Shown here: in pieces, positions 52,411 to 62,710 of the stretch
Position numbering within the stretch: the stretch's first letter is position 1
Layout: the number at the start of each line of letters is the position of its first letter
Source of the DNA: an uncultured cyanobacterium
GTDB lineage: Bacteria > Cyanobacteriota > Cyanobacteriia > Cyanobacteriales > CAWCAG01
Assembly: GCA_963793425.1 (NCBI GenBank)
Contig: CAWCAG010000009.1
Coordinates: forward strand, 1,024,001 to 1,088,000
Direction of reading: 5' to 3'
Length of the DNA stretch: 64,000 bases
Position numbers and translations under genes: made by a program
The notes under the pieces: model-generated
What the model saw: only the letters and a program-made list of their open reading frames with translations
What the model was told of the DNA's origin: nothing
Database searches by the model: none

Positions 52411-53358
52411 TCATGGCTTATTAGCATCTGCTTCCTGCAAAGATACTCGGCTTCCCAAACACTTGGTTTCAATAAAAATCTGTTTAATTTCTGGGTGTTG
52501 AGTATTTATTTTTGTTTCTAAGCGTTCGATGGCTTCTGCTACTTCTGCGCTAGATAAATCACTTTTAAACTCTAGGTCTAAGTTAAGTAAAATGTCTTCC
52601 GGACCAAAATGTAAAGTAAGTAAGCGGACAACTTCGGCAATGGCAGGATCAGTACTAGCTAGCAGACGAATACTTGTAACTTTTTCTGGATCTGCTCCTT
52701 CACCAATCAATAACCCTTTGCTTTCGTAACCCAAAACAATAGCAACTAGACCAAGAAGTAGACCAATAATAATTGAAGCTACTCCATCTAAGTAAGGGTT
52801 GTTTAATAAATGTCCTAAGAAAATACCTATAAAAGCGATTAATAGACCTAAAATAGCGGCCGAATCTTCAAATAAAATAGTTAATACGGTGGGGTCTTTG
52901 CTTCTACGAATAGCTTGCCAAATATTTTTCCCCTTCATTTGAGAGCGAAATTCCCGAAAGGCAACACTCCAAGCATAGCCTTCAACAATAGCTGCAAAAG
53001 CCAGCACAAAGTAATTCCATTTAGGGTCTTCTACCGGATGGGGGTTAAGAATGTGGTTAATACCTTCATAAATAGATGTACCACCCCCCACTGCGAAAAT
53101 ACCAAAGGCAACCACAAGAGTCCAAAAGTAGAGTTCTTGGCTGTAACCAAAAGGATGGCTGGCATCAGCAGGTTTTTGGGAATTGCGTACCCCCAACAAC
53201 AGAAATAATTCATTCCCTGTATCTACTAAAGAATGAATCCCTTCTGATAACATCGCAGAACTACCACTAATGCTAGCGGTAATAAACTTAACTATGGCAA
53301 TGGTTAAGTTACCACCCATGGCCACAAAAATTGTTTTTTTCGTTGCTCCTGCTTCCAC
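52411..53358 (-). CDS. Cation diffusion facilitator transporter
   Basis: SEGIHSLVD, HPFG, EDSAA, DGVASI. Confidence 0.93.
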   Translation of the reverse strand: MEAGATKKTIFVAMGGNLTIAIVKFITASISGSSAMLSEGIHSLVDTGNELFLLLGVRNSQKPADASHPFGYSQELYFWTLVVAFGIFAVGGGTSIYEGINHILNPHPVEDPKWNYFVLAFAAIVEGYAWSVAFREFRSQMKGKNIWQAIRRSKDPTVLTILFEDSAAILGLLIAFIGIFLGHLLNNPYLDGVASIIIGLLLGLVAIVLGYESKGLLIGEGADPEKVTSIRLLASTDPAIAEVVRLLTLHFGPEDILLNLDLEFKSDLSSAEVAEAIERLETKINTQHPEIKQIFIETKCLGSRVSLQEADANKP

Positions 53359-53433
53359 ATTAACTCCTGTTCATAACATCAAACATTGTTGGCGTAAGCC
53401 TTGCCGTAGGCTACATTTATCATTAAACATTTA

Positions 53434-54102
53434 TTAAGCAGGATACAAAGGAGATTGTTCATAATGAGCTAGAATATCGTCTGGATCTTTATAAATAGCG
53501 ATACAACCTGCTTCCCTTAACACCTCTTCAGAAAAGCCACCACAAAGAACTCCTACGGTGCGTAAAGGCACTTTTTGCGCTGCTTGGGCATCGTAGGGAC
53601 TATCTCCGACAACGATTACTTCTTCTGGTTTGATATTTTCTAGTTTTTCCATTGCAGTGGTAAAGATATCGGGATTAGGTTTAGATTTTTCGACATCATC
53701 GCCACAGGTATAATTATCTATCAGGTCTTCAATATTTAACAACTTTTGATAATGGGCAATTGAGTCTTTTCTACCGGAAGAAGCAAGTACTACCCGAAGC
53801 CCATCTTCTCTTAGTCGTGTGAAAAGCTCTTTAACTTGAGGAAAAGGTTCTACTTTCGGCAATAAACTATCTTGATAATATTCCTTGCGGTACTGGGAAA
53901 TTTTCTCACCTAACTGTTCAAATTCTTCTTGAGAGATAAAATCTTGCATGATATAGTCACCCCCTTTACCAATTTGCTGGCGTATTTCCTCATAAGGAAA
54001 ATCATAACCATATTCTTGGAAAGCTTTAACCCAAGCTTGGGCATGGAACTTAACGGAGTCTACTAAGGTTCCATCTACATCAAAAATGACTGCTTTAAGC
54101 AT
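53434..54102 (-). CDS. HAD family hydrolase
   Basis: DVDGT, SKPNPD, GDSPYD. Confidence 0.93.
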   Translation of the reverse strand: MLKAVIFDVDGTLVDSVKFHAQAWVKAFQEYGYDFPYEEIRQQIGKGGDYIMQDFISQEEFEQLGEKISQYRKEYYQDSLLPKVEPFPQVKELFTRLREDGLRVVLASSGRKDSIAHYQKLLNIEDLIDNYTCGDDVEKSKPNPDIFTTAMEKLENIKPEEVIVVGDSPYDAQAAQKVPLRTVGVLCGGFSEEVLREAGCIAIYKDPDDILAHYEQSPLYPA

Positions 54103-54261
54103 TGATTATCCTAATCACAACAGACTCCCATTTTGCTATTTTTCGATGATCAAAATCATCATTCTTGAGAACAATTGTTGTTTCCTTTAACACTCTACCT
54201 GTAGTTATATGTATTGAAGGAAACATAATTGTTTCCTTGGGGTACAAACCTTACCGAAATT

Positions 54262-54585
54262 AATGGGTATAAAGCCTCGTCCTCGCAGGACTGCTCTTAT
54301 TCATTTTAGTCTGTGTTTATACTCGCCATGGTAGTATAACTTGGGAGGCAAACCTAGACAGATTTTGAGTAAACATCATCTCAAAATAAGTAGGCAATCG
54401 TATTGCATCACGCTGTGAAATTAGCGCGGTGCGTAGTTCAGTCTTAAGTCTGACGAATTGATAGCCTATGTTCGGCGAAGCCGTTGCCGAAGGCTAAATC
54501 TGAGAATTAAGAATATGGTGAAGAATCATTGTCTAGCTAAGTCTATTAACGAGGCTTCCTGGTATCAGTTCCGTTGCTGGTTTGT
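54262..54585 (+). mobile_element. IS200/IS605 remnant with tnpB fragment
   Basis: Frameshifted RQILSKHHLKISRQ / HAVKLARCVVQS / LRIKNMVKNHCLAKSINEASWYQFR; end-like hairpin at 54262-54295. Confidence 0.8.
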
Positions 54586-54851
54586 GCTATTATTAATTAG
54601 GTAGGTGTAACCCAATTAAATGTGTAAATGCAGCCTACATTCAGCCTGGGAAAATTTTCTAAAAACCGGTGCGGATGGGCATCCCGTATCGCAAATAAAG
54701 CTCACTTTTATATCCTAAGCAATAGCCGGAGTTAGTGAGAAGCCCACACTTACAGCAAGCTGAAGTGTGGGAGTATGTCACACTGGCACTTAATTTATGG
54801 GCAGAATCTCTTACAATCATGGTTTTAGAGTCCTCGGTTAACACTGGCAGA

Positions 54852-55838
54852 ATGGTTCAATTCAATATTCAGCCAGACAGCGAAATACCATCTTCCAAAC
54901 AACTGTTTGACCAAATTCAGTTTGCGATCGCCTCTCGACAGTTTCCTCCTGGACATCGCCTACCAAGTACCCGACAGCTAGCGATGATTACGGGACTACA
55001 CCGCAATACCATCAGCAAGGTGTATCGCCAATTAGAAGAAACTGGCTTAGTAGAGTCTCAAGCAGGTTCAGGTATTTATGTTAGGGCCCAAGGACATGAA
55101 GGGGGAACTCAGTTAAGTTCTCCGACTCTAGATAAATACCCCCAAGAAGCATATAAATTAGTTCAGCGAAGTTTAGATGAATTGCTAGCTAAAGGTTGTA
55201 GCCTTACCCAAGCCAGGGATTTGTTTTTATCAGAGATTGACTGGCGTTTACGTTGCAGTGCCAGGGTATTAGTCACTATACCGGGAAGAGATTTAGGGGC
55301 AGGGGAATTAATGGTACATGAACTAGAGAAGTCTTTAGGTATTCCTGTACAACTTGTTCCAATGGAAGAGTTAGAAAAGGTCTTAGAACAAACTCACTCC
55401 GGGACAGTAGTTACTAGTCGTTACTATATTGGTCAAGCAGAAGAAATTGCTGCCCCCAAATCTGTCCGCGTTATTCCGGTGGATATTTATGACTATGGCA
55501 AAGAAATGGATATCATCAAAACTTTGCCCAAGGGCAGTTGTGTCGGCTTAGTTAGTCTTAGTGTTGGTATCCTCAAAATCGCCGAAACAATGGTTTATAG
55601 TTTTAGGGGAGACGAGCTTTTGATTATGAGCGCTCAAGTTACTGATGATTATAAGCTTAAAGCTTTAGTGCGTTCTGCTCAAACTATTATCTGCGATAGT
55701 CCTAGTTATGACTTAGTTAAAAAAGCAATTTTGACTGCTAGAGAAGATTTAATCCGCCATCCTGAGTTGATTTGTAGTGAGAATTACATAGGTTCTAAAT
55801 CAATTAATTTATTGAAGCGAGAATTAGGTTTAGGGTAA
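54852..55838 (+). CDS. plmA: GntR family regulator, PlmA subfamily
   Basis: MVQFNIQPDSEIP, LPSTRQLA, HRNTISKVY, LLKRELGL. Confidence 0.9.
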   Translation: MVQFNIQPDSEIPSSKQLFDQIQFAIASRQFPPGHRLPSTRQLAMITGLHRNTISKVYRQLEETGLVESQAGSGIYVRAQGHEGGTQLSSPTLDKYPQEAYKLVQRSLDELLAKGCSLTQARDLFLSEIDWRLRCSARVLVTIPGRDLGAGELMVHELEKSLGIPVQLVPMEELEKVLEQTHSGTVVTSRYYIGQAEEIAAPKSVRVIPVDIYDYGKEMDIIKTLPKGSCVGLVSLSVGILKIAETMVYSFRGDELLIMSAQVTDDYKLKALVRSAQTIICDSPSYDLVKKAILTAREDLIRHPELICSENYIGSKSINLLKRELGLG

Positions 55839-56003
55839 ATAATCTTTCTTTTGAACTAAAAATACTAATTTACTATTGCTAAAATAATTTACTTTTGTTA
55901 CTTTGATGAGAGTAAATTAGCTCCTTGCAAATATTAAGCTAGCAATGAAAAATAGTAAAAGCGACCCCAGCATTAACAATCAAACAAGTAAATCTCTACT
56001 CAG

Positions 56004-56543
56004 ATGAGATTGCAGGTTGGAGAAAAGCAAGCAGGATTTACTTTAATTGAGGCAATGATCGTCTTAGTTATCATCTCGATTTTCGCGGCTATTGCTATTC
56101 CTACTTATTTGCACTTTGCTTCTAAAGCTAAACTTAGGGCTGCTATATTCGAGTTATCCCAATTCTGGAAAGAAACTCGTTTTGATGCTATGGATAGTGG
56201 CAGTACTCCCTCAACTATCTGCATGGCAGAATCTACTTCAAATCAGGTAGTTTATGCCAAACTGAACGGTAAAGATTGTAACTTAGTCACTGCTTGGCAT
56301 AGCTTACCGCGCGGGGTAAGTATTGATGAAGAAAATTCTACTTTGCGTACTGTAAGTGGTGTCGCTGGCAACGATGGCAAAATTTATCGGGTTAGTTGGG
56401 CTGATACCAAAGCTGGTTACGGGGGATCTTGGGGGCAACTAGGGCGTATTACCCTCCAAGCAGGTACAGCAAAACAATGCCTATTTTTGTTTAGCACCAA
56501 GGGAGATTGGGAAGCAAGGAAGGGAAAGAAATGTTTTAAGTAA
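56004..56543 (+). CDS. Type IV pilin-like protein
   Basis: G/FTLIE prepilin cleavage site plus hydrophobic helix; Cys pairs. Confidence 0.88.
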   Translation: MRLQVGEKQAGFTLIEAMIVLVIISIFAAIAIPTYLHFASKAKLRAAIFELSQFWKETRFDAMDSGSTPSTICMAESTSNQVVYAKLNGKDCNLVTAWHSLPRGVSIDEENSTLRTVSGVAGNDGKIYRVSWADTKAGYGGSWGQLGRITLQAGTAKQCLFLFSTKGDWEARKGKKCFK

Positions 56544-56774
56544 GCTAATTGCTAAACTGGACTTCATAAGCAATAGTCAAGAAAGCTTAATAGAGTTGAG
56601 ATTACTTCCTTTCTTCCTTCCTTCCTTGTAGACATTACCGACACAATGTCAAGCAAACGTAAGCGCTTTTTTCTGAGTAATAACTCACCGAGGGGTTCTT
56701 CAAACAAGCTTTTGTAAGCCCAAATAGGTAATGCCAGATACAATATAGCAAAACAAGAGTCTAGTAAAGAATAA

Positions 56775-57152
56775 CTATTTTCTGGCTAACCAATAGCCAA
56801 AGGAAATGCCAATTAAGCTAGCCACTAAATCCAAAACAGTCAAAGTACGATTAGGAGAGAAGCCTTGTAAAAGTTCTTCAGCAATCGTGAAAATTCCGAA
56901 TAAAACTGGCCATAGAGGCAAAACATAATCCAATAATTTTAGTTTGCGGTGTTTAAAGACTCGATGACCTAAATAGGTTGCGATTGCATAAATAACAAAA
57001 TGCCCTATGGTATCGTGATAGGGTATGCGACTTAACCAACCAGGTAGATTTCCTGTATAAGCCACAACTAAAATTGTTAGTAGTGTAGCGCCGTAAATAC
57101 TCGCAATAACTTTGACAGAGAGATTATTTGATTTTTGGTTAAGTAATTTCAT
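56775..57152 (-). CDS. VanZ-like membrane protein
   Basis: DTIGHFVIY, EELLQGFSPNRT..LDL. Confidence 0.8.
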   Translation of the reverse strand: MKLLNQKSNNLSVKVIASIYGATLLTILVVAYTGNLPGWLSRIPYHDTIGHFVIYAIATYLGHRVFKHRKLKLLDYVLPLWPVLFGIFTIAEELLQGFSPNRTLTVLDLVASLIGISFGYWLARK

Positions 57153-57228
57153 AAACGAACCAGAACTGTTTTAATTACTTCATACCCAAAGCAGTACTTT
57201 TGGGAAAAGTAAGCAGAAGAAATGACAA

Positions 57229-58239
57229 ATGAGCAATGATAAATCTTTAAAGCAACCAAAAAAGCCAGGTAAATCTCTCCCAGGTAAATTTATTATCAAA
57301 CTGGGAAAATTCACTTGGACAACCATGTGGCAAATTATGATGTCACAACTCGCCCCTCGTAACAAATCGGGGGCTTACATTCGCCCAGAAAGTCAGTTCC
57401 GTAATTCCATTGGTACAGAAGCTTATACCCCCCAGAAAGGGCGCTACCGCCTTTATGCTGGTTTAGGTTGTCCTTGGGCCCATCGTACCTTAGTAACAAG
57501 AAGTCTCAAAGGCTTAGAAGAGGTTGTAGGAGTATCTATTGTTTCTCCTGCTGCTGAAGCGGGAATTTGGGTATTCAATCAAGAAAAAGAAGGTTGTCAA
57601 ACTGTTCCTCAATTATATAACTTAGCTAAACCAGGTTATCAGGGACGTTGCACTGTTCCTATATTATGGGACACTGAAACAAAGACGATTGTTAATAACG
57701 AGAGTGCAGAAATTATCATCATGCTGAACTCCCAATTTAACGAATATGCAACAAACCCTAACCTTGACTTATATCCAGAGGAATTGCAGGAGAAAATTGA
57801 ATGGTGGAATGAGAAAATTTATCACGCTGTTAACAATGGTGTCTATCGCTGCGGTTTTGCCCAAACCCAAGAAGCATACAACCAAGCTTGTGAGGAACTT
57901 TTCACTACTTTAGATGAAATTGATACGGCTTTAGCAACTAGTCATTATCTTTGTGGAGAACAATTAACTTTAGCAGATGTGCGTTTATTTACAACCCTGT
58001 TCCGTTTTGATGTAGTCTATTACGGGCTATTCAAATGCAACCGCCGCAGAATTCAAGATTATGCAAACCTCGGCCCTTATTTGCGAGATATTTATCAGTT
58101 GCCAGGGGTTGCTGACACTTGCGATCTCGATAGTGTGAAGCAAGATTATTACGGCAATCTTTTCCCCCTCAATCCAGGAAGTATAATACCTTCGGGGCCA
58201 GATATTATGCCATTTCTCTCTAAGTCTGCTGAAAGATGA
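57229..58239 (+). CDS. Glutathionyl-hydroquinone reductase (GST Xi/omega)
   Basis: CPWAHR, TVPILWD, NNESAEI, NNGVYRCGFA. Confidence 0.93.
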   Translation: MSNDKSLKQPKKPGKSLPGKFIIKLGKFTWTTMWQIMMSQLAPRNKSGAYIRPESQFRNSIGTEAYTPQKGRYRLYAGLGCPWAHRTLVTRSLKGLEEVVGVSIVSPAAEAGIWVFNQEKEGCQTVPQLYNLAKPGYQGRCTVPILWDTETKTIVNNESAEIIIMLNSQFNEYATNPNLDLYPEELQEKIEWWNEKIYHAVNNGVYRCGFAQTQEAYNQACEELFTTLDEIDTALATSHYLCGEQLTLADVRLFTTLFRFDVVYYGLFKCNRRRIQDYANLGPYLRDIYQLPGVADTCDLDSVKQDYYGNLFPLNPGSIIPSGPDIMPFLSKSAER

Positions 58240-58293
58240 TCACACTAATTCTCTTTAGTTGTGACAAAAATGTACATATGGGAGAAATAATAA

Positions 58294-59172
58294 ATGTTAA
58301 ATGAAAATTGTCTCTATCTCGTCGGTACTCCCATTGGTAACCTAGAAGATATGACCTTTCGGGCAGTACGCATCCTCCAAAGTGTCGATTTAATTGCTGC
58401 CGAAGATACTCGCCATACCGGTAAACTCTTACAACACTTTCAAATTACAACCCCTCAGCTTAGTTATCACCAACACAATTGTCAACAACGCCACCAAGAA
58501 TTATTAAAGCGTTTACAAAAAGGAGAGGCGATCGCCTTAGTAACTGATGCAGGAATGCCTTGTATTTCTGATCCTGGTTACGAACTAGTTAAAGCTTGTG
58601 TAGAAGCTAAAATCTCTGTTGTACCAATCCCTGGTGTAACAGCCGCCATAACCGCTTTGGCAGCCTCTGGATTACCTGGGGAAGGTTTCATCTTTAATGG
58701 ATTCTTGCCCTACAAAAATAAACCCCGTCAGGAACAATTAAATAGTATCAAAAAAGAAACTCGTACCCTAATTTTCTACGAAGCCCCCCATCACTTGCTA
58801 CAAACCCTTAAGGATTTAGAAATTACTTTAGGTGAGAATCGTCCCATTGTTCTGGCGAGGGAACTAACTAAACTCCATGAAGAATTTTGGCGAGGTACAA
58901 TCAAAGAGGCGATCGCCCTCTATACGAATCTAAGGCAACCCAAGGGAGAATATACTTTAGTGGTAGCTGGGGCAGAAACTGCTGCAACTCTTAATCTTTC
59001 GGAAGCAGAACTTAAAGTTGAATTGCAACAACTATTAAAACAAGGAATGACACGATCGCAAGCTAGTCGCCATCTTGCTGAATTAACTTCTCTGTCTCGG
59101 AGGGAGATTTATCAGTTGTCAATGATACCTAACGGCAACGTAAAGCAGAACAATGATAAATGCTCAACGTAG
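58294..59172 (+). CDS. rsmI: 16S rRNA C1402 2'-O-methyltransferase
   Basis: TPIGNLED, AEDTR, DAGMP.ISDPG, RELTKLHEE. Confidence 0.96.
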   Translation: MLNENCLYLVGTPIGNLEDMTFRAVRILQSVDLIAAEDTRHTGKLLQHFQITTPQLSYHQHNCQQRHQELLKRLQKGEAIALVTDAGMPCISDPGYELVKACVEAKISVVPIPGVTAAITALAASGLPGEGFIFNGFLPYKNKPRQEQLNSIKKETRTLIFYEAPHHLLQTLKDLEITLGENRPIVLARELTKLHEEFWRGTIKEAIALYTNLRQPKGEYTLVVAGAETAATLNLSEAELKVELQQLLKQGMTRSQASRHLAELTSLSRREIYQLSMIPNGNVKQNNDKCST

Positions 59173-59242
59173 GGGCGACCCGTTTTTCCCGTATTATTAA
59201 TAAATCAAAGGTCTATGTTGGGTCGCCCTCTATCAATTATTC

Positions 59243-60937
59243 TCAGTAACTCAACACAGGCAAAGAATCATCAACACGCCATAATAACTCCAACCCCTTA
59301 GCAGGCATAGTTAAAAATAAAATATCTCCTGGTTGGAGGTGAATTTCTAAGAGTTGCCTACCATGGATTGTTTTATTGTTGCTATCTAAATATAAAGGAA
59401 CAAAGTCTGCATCCATCGCTGCATCCTTGACAGTTTTGTTGCAAAAAGGATGGGCTGGGGTGATTAGCGTACCTACAGCAATCCAAAGGAGGTCTGCTGT
59501 CATACCATGACCTAAAACCTTACCACCCAATGCTGCTGCCACAAAGGAAGGTGTGGCCAACTCCGTAGGACAAAGTACGTTATCAAAACCAAATACTTCT
59601 TGTACAGATTCAGCAAATTGAGGTTCTCGATGACGGGCTACTACTGTTATACCAGAAGTGATTGCTTTGGCACAGAGAGCAATTTCCACATTAGCCATGT
59701 CATCGCTAGTTACGGCTAATAGCGCCGCTGCTTTGGCAATATTAGCTGCTTTGAGAGTATTGGCGATGCGAGAGTCTTCTATAATTACAGGTACTCCCAA
59801 AGAACGGGCTGTGTGAAGAAAACGATTGTTGTGATCTTTTTCTATTACCACCACCTCTTGCCCTTGTTTAAGGAGTTGATGGACAATTTTCATGCCAATT
59901 TCTCCTAAGCCACAAACTATGTAGTGGTTGCGAGGGGGAATCCTCGCTGCATCCCAAAACTGCTTGAGACGACTACCTAGCACAAAATCATTAATTAGGG
60001 CATAACAAATACCAATTACTCCAGCCCCCACAATCATCATAATCGCTGTGAAAAGCTTGATACTATCTGGGGCTTGTTCAGCAACTTGTTCTTGCCCCCC
60101 TGCCCCGGTTATCATACCTACAGAGAAGTAGAGAGCATCGATAATAGAGGTATTAAAGTTAACGCTAACATAAGTGACAGTAGCTAGTAAAATTGTTACC
60201 AATAAAGCCAGCATCACAATAGCAATGGGGCGACCATGACGGTTAAACTTACCGAAATTAGTCAAGGCTTTGAGAAAAGTTAAAGGTTTGGGGCGGCGAT
60301 TTCTGCTAACTTTCGGTTGAGTACCAATAACTAAATGATCCCCTAACTCTAACTTATCCCCATGTACCACCGCAGAAATTAAGTCTTGTTCGCCTTTCGC
60401 CGGTAAGTAATAGATTAACATCCGCTCTAAGCTAGTCCAAAGCTGGCTTAAAGGCATTCCCAACCAAGGATGGTTAGCATCGATAACCTCTTCGTAGATA
60501 GGCCAAGTTTTGTTAAATAGTTGTAACTGACCAATAGCTTGACTACCAAAAGCTGCAAAGGTAAAAATAGGAGCAGCCCATTCAGAAACGCTCATGGAAA
60601 AGTGATGGGGCAGAATTTTGTCTAAGCGTTCCCCCAAAGTTTCATTAAAAATACGATTAACAATACGAATGTGGGGATTAATCACCCTTGCTTGGGTGAG
60701 AATAGCTAAATTAAGTCCGTCATCGTCGCTACAAAGAACGAGGGTATTAGCTTCCCGAATACCCGCTGTGATTAAGGTAGAAGCAGCACGCAAATCCCCA
60801 ACAATTAGGTCATCACCACGTTCGCAAGGGAAAGGTCGGTCGCTAATCGCTACAACATTTGCTCCCTGTTGACGCAATAAACAAAAAATTTTATACCCAG
60901 TACGACCTAAGCCAGAGACAATGATTCGAGGTTTCAT
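59243..60937 (-). CDS. TrkA-N/RCK potassium channel family protein
   Basis: Two Rossmann motifs (GLGRTG, GLGEIG) flanking a 2-TM pore domain. Confidence 0.88.
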   Translation of the reverse strand: MKPRIIVSGLGRTGYKIFCLLRQQGANVVAISDRPFPCERGDDLIVGDLRAASTLITAGIREANTLVLCSDDDGLNLAILTQARVINPHIRIVNRIFNETLGERLDKILPHHFSMSVSEWAAPIFTFAAFGSQAIGQLQLFNKTWPIYEEVIDANHPWLGMPLSQLWTSLERMLIYYLPAKGEQDLISAVVHGDKLELGDHLVIGTQPKVSRNRRPKPLTFLKALTNFGKFNRHGRPIAIVMLALLVTILLATVTYVSVNFNTSIIDALYFSVGMITGAGGQEQVAEQAPDSIKLFTAIMMIVGAGVIGICYALINDFVLGSRLKQFWDAARIPPRNHYIVCGLGEIGMKIVHQLLKQGQEVVVIEKDHNNRFLHTARSLGVPVIIEDSRIANTLKAANIAKAAALLAVTSDDMANVEIALCAKAITSGITVVARHREPQFAESVQEVFGFDNVLCPTELATPSFVAAALGGKVLGHGMTADLLWIAVGTLITPAHPFCNKTVKDAAMDADFVPLYLDSNNKTIHGRQLLEIHLQPGDILFLTMPAKGLELLWRVDDSLPVLSY

Positions 60938-61204
60938 AACTCACCAACATCTACCAATCAAAAAAGCCGCCGTTCATCATACTAATACTAATTCTCAACT
61001 TTTCCGGGAAACATACTTCCATTGTCACTTGTTTGCGACCCGAATAATGTATCCCAGTACACTAACAAACCAATCTTTTTACTTAAAATAAAGCCTGAAT
61101 TTTATACATTCAAAAACAAATTACCTAAGACTGAAAATCTAAAATCCCAAGTAGTTAGCTTTTGCCGTAAACTTTTAAATTGTTTACTAAACTACAAACT
61201 AGCA

Positions 61205-61402
61205 ATGGAAATTGGGCAAAAAGTACAAGTCTGCCGTCTTAGAGATCGCGTCGCACCTGGCATCTTAGGCAAACTGGGTAAAGTTGGTGTGATTAAAGAC
61301 TTCAAAATGACTGATGGTAGCGGAGTTGGTGCAGTGGTGAAATTTGAAGATAACTCAACTACTTGGTTTTTTGAAGATGAACTCAGAGCCGTAGGATCAT
61401 AG
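61205..61402 (+). CDS. petP: Cytochrome b6f subunit PetP (DUF2862)
   Basis: MEIGQKV.V.RLRDR, KMTDGSG, TWFFEDEL. Confidence 0.9.
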   Translation: MEIGQKVQVCRLRDRVAPGILGKLGKVGVIKDFKMTDGSGVGAVVKFEDNSTTWFFEDELRAVGS

Positions 61403-61553
61403 AGTCTGGTAAGACCATTTTTCAAAAATTATGGCATTTGTTAATAAACAAGGGGGGAATGGTACAGGGTAAAAAACTAAAACCTGTCAGCCTCTCCCAT
61501 TTTGGGCGCAAGGCTTGCGCCCCTAAAATTATATTCTTTCAACCTACAACAAA

Positions 61554-62651
61554 ATGGCACAAATACTCACTTTTTTAGGGAAAGGCGGTAGTGGTCGTAC
61601 CACAGTTGCGATCGCCGCAGCTAAACAGCTTTCTGCCCAAGGTTCTCGTGTTCTTTTGGCAGGACAAGACCCTAGCCCTGGCTTTAGTCTACTCTTGGGA
61701 GTTCCTCTGACCTCTGAACCCCAAGAAATTGCCCCCAACCTCAAAGTTGTCCAACTGCAATCTACCACACTGTTAGAGCAGAGTTGGGATGAGGTTAAAA
61801 AACTAGAGGCTAAATACTTGCGATCGCCGACATTAAAAAATGTTTATGGTCAAGAATTAAGCATTTTACCAGGGATGGATAGCGCCCTCGCTTTAAATGC
61901 GATTCGGGAATACAACCAAAGAGGCGATTATGATGTCATTATTTATGATAGTCCTGGAAACTTAGCAACCTTGAAAATGTTGGGCATTCCTGAAAGTTTA
62001 AGCTGGTATATTCGCCGCTTCCGTCAGGTATTTGTTGATTCTGATGTGGGTAAAGCTATTAGTCCTTTTATTCAACCTGTAAGCGCTGCTATTCTCAATG
62101 TAACTTGGACAGCAGATAGTTTCGCCAAAGAACCTACCAATGAAGCTAATAACATCCTGGAGGAGGGTAGAGCAGCCTTAGCAGATCCTAACCGAGTAGT
62201 TGCTTATTTAGTCACCAATGATGACCCAGTTGCGATCGCCACAGCTAAGTATCTTTGGGGTAGCGCCCAGCAAGTAGGTTTAACGGTAGGGGGAACTTTA
62301 CTCAATCAAGGGGAAACCACAGATGACATTACCACAGAATTTGCACCTTTAACAGTAACCCCCTTACCAAAACGCCAAGGAAATGATTGGCAAAATTTAA
62401 TTGATGCTTTACCTAATTTAAGAACAGTTCCTCAAGTCCCTAAACCGGTGGAAGTCGATACCGCAGCCCGTGAAGTGCGCCTATTTTTACCGGGATTAAA
62501 TAAAAAGCAGGTAAAACTAACTCAATATGGGCCAGAAATCACCATTGAAGCAGGAGATCAAAGACGCAACTTAACTTTACCACCCCAATTAAGTGGTCGT
62601 CCTGTCAAGGGTGCAAAGTTTCAAGATGGCTACTTGATTGTATCTTTTTGA
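61554..62651 (+). CDS. ArsA/Get3-family ATPase with C-terminal HSP20-like domain
   Basis: GKGGSGRT; C-terminal FLPGL.KKQVKLTQ.GPE..IEAGDQRR. Confidence 0.9.
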   Translation: MAQILTFLGKGGSGRTTVAIAAAKQLSAQGSRVLLAGQDPSPGFSLLLGVPLTSEPQEIAPNLKVVQLQSTTLLEQSWDEVKKLEAKYLRSPTLKNVYGQELSILPGMDSALALNAIREYNQRGDYDVIIYDSPGNLATLKMLGIPESLSWYIRRFRQVFVDSDVGKAISPFIQPVSAAILNVTWTADSFAKEPTNEANNILEEGRAALADPNRVVAYLVTNDDPVAIATAKYLWGSAQQVGLTVGGTLLNQGETTDDITTEFAPLTVTPLPKRQGNDWQNLIDALPNLRTVPQVPKPVEVDTAAREVRLFLPGLNKKQVKLTQYGPEITIEAGDQRRNLTLPPQLSGRPVKGAKFQDGYLIVSF

Positions 62652-62710
62652 AAGATAGGGAGTAGGGAGTAGGGAGTAGGGAGTAAAGCTTTGAGAAGTT
62701 TATCCTAACC

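Noticed and set aside
54262..54585. Functional TnpB/omegaRNA system
   Set aside because: Only a frameshifted internal fragment remains
59990..60230. Novel channel selectivity filter (TGAGG instead of TVGYG)
   Set aside because: As far as I recall this variant is usual in this cyanobacterial subfamily
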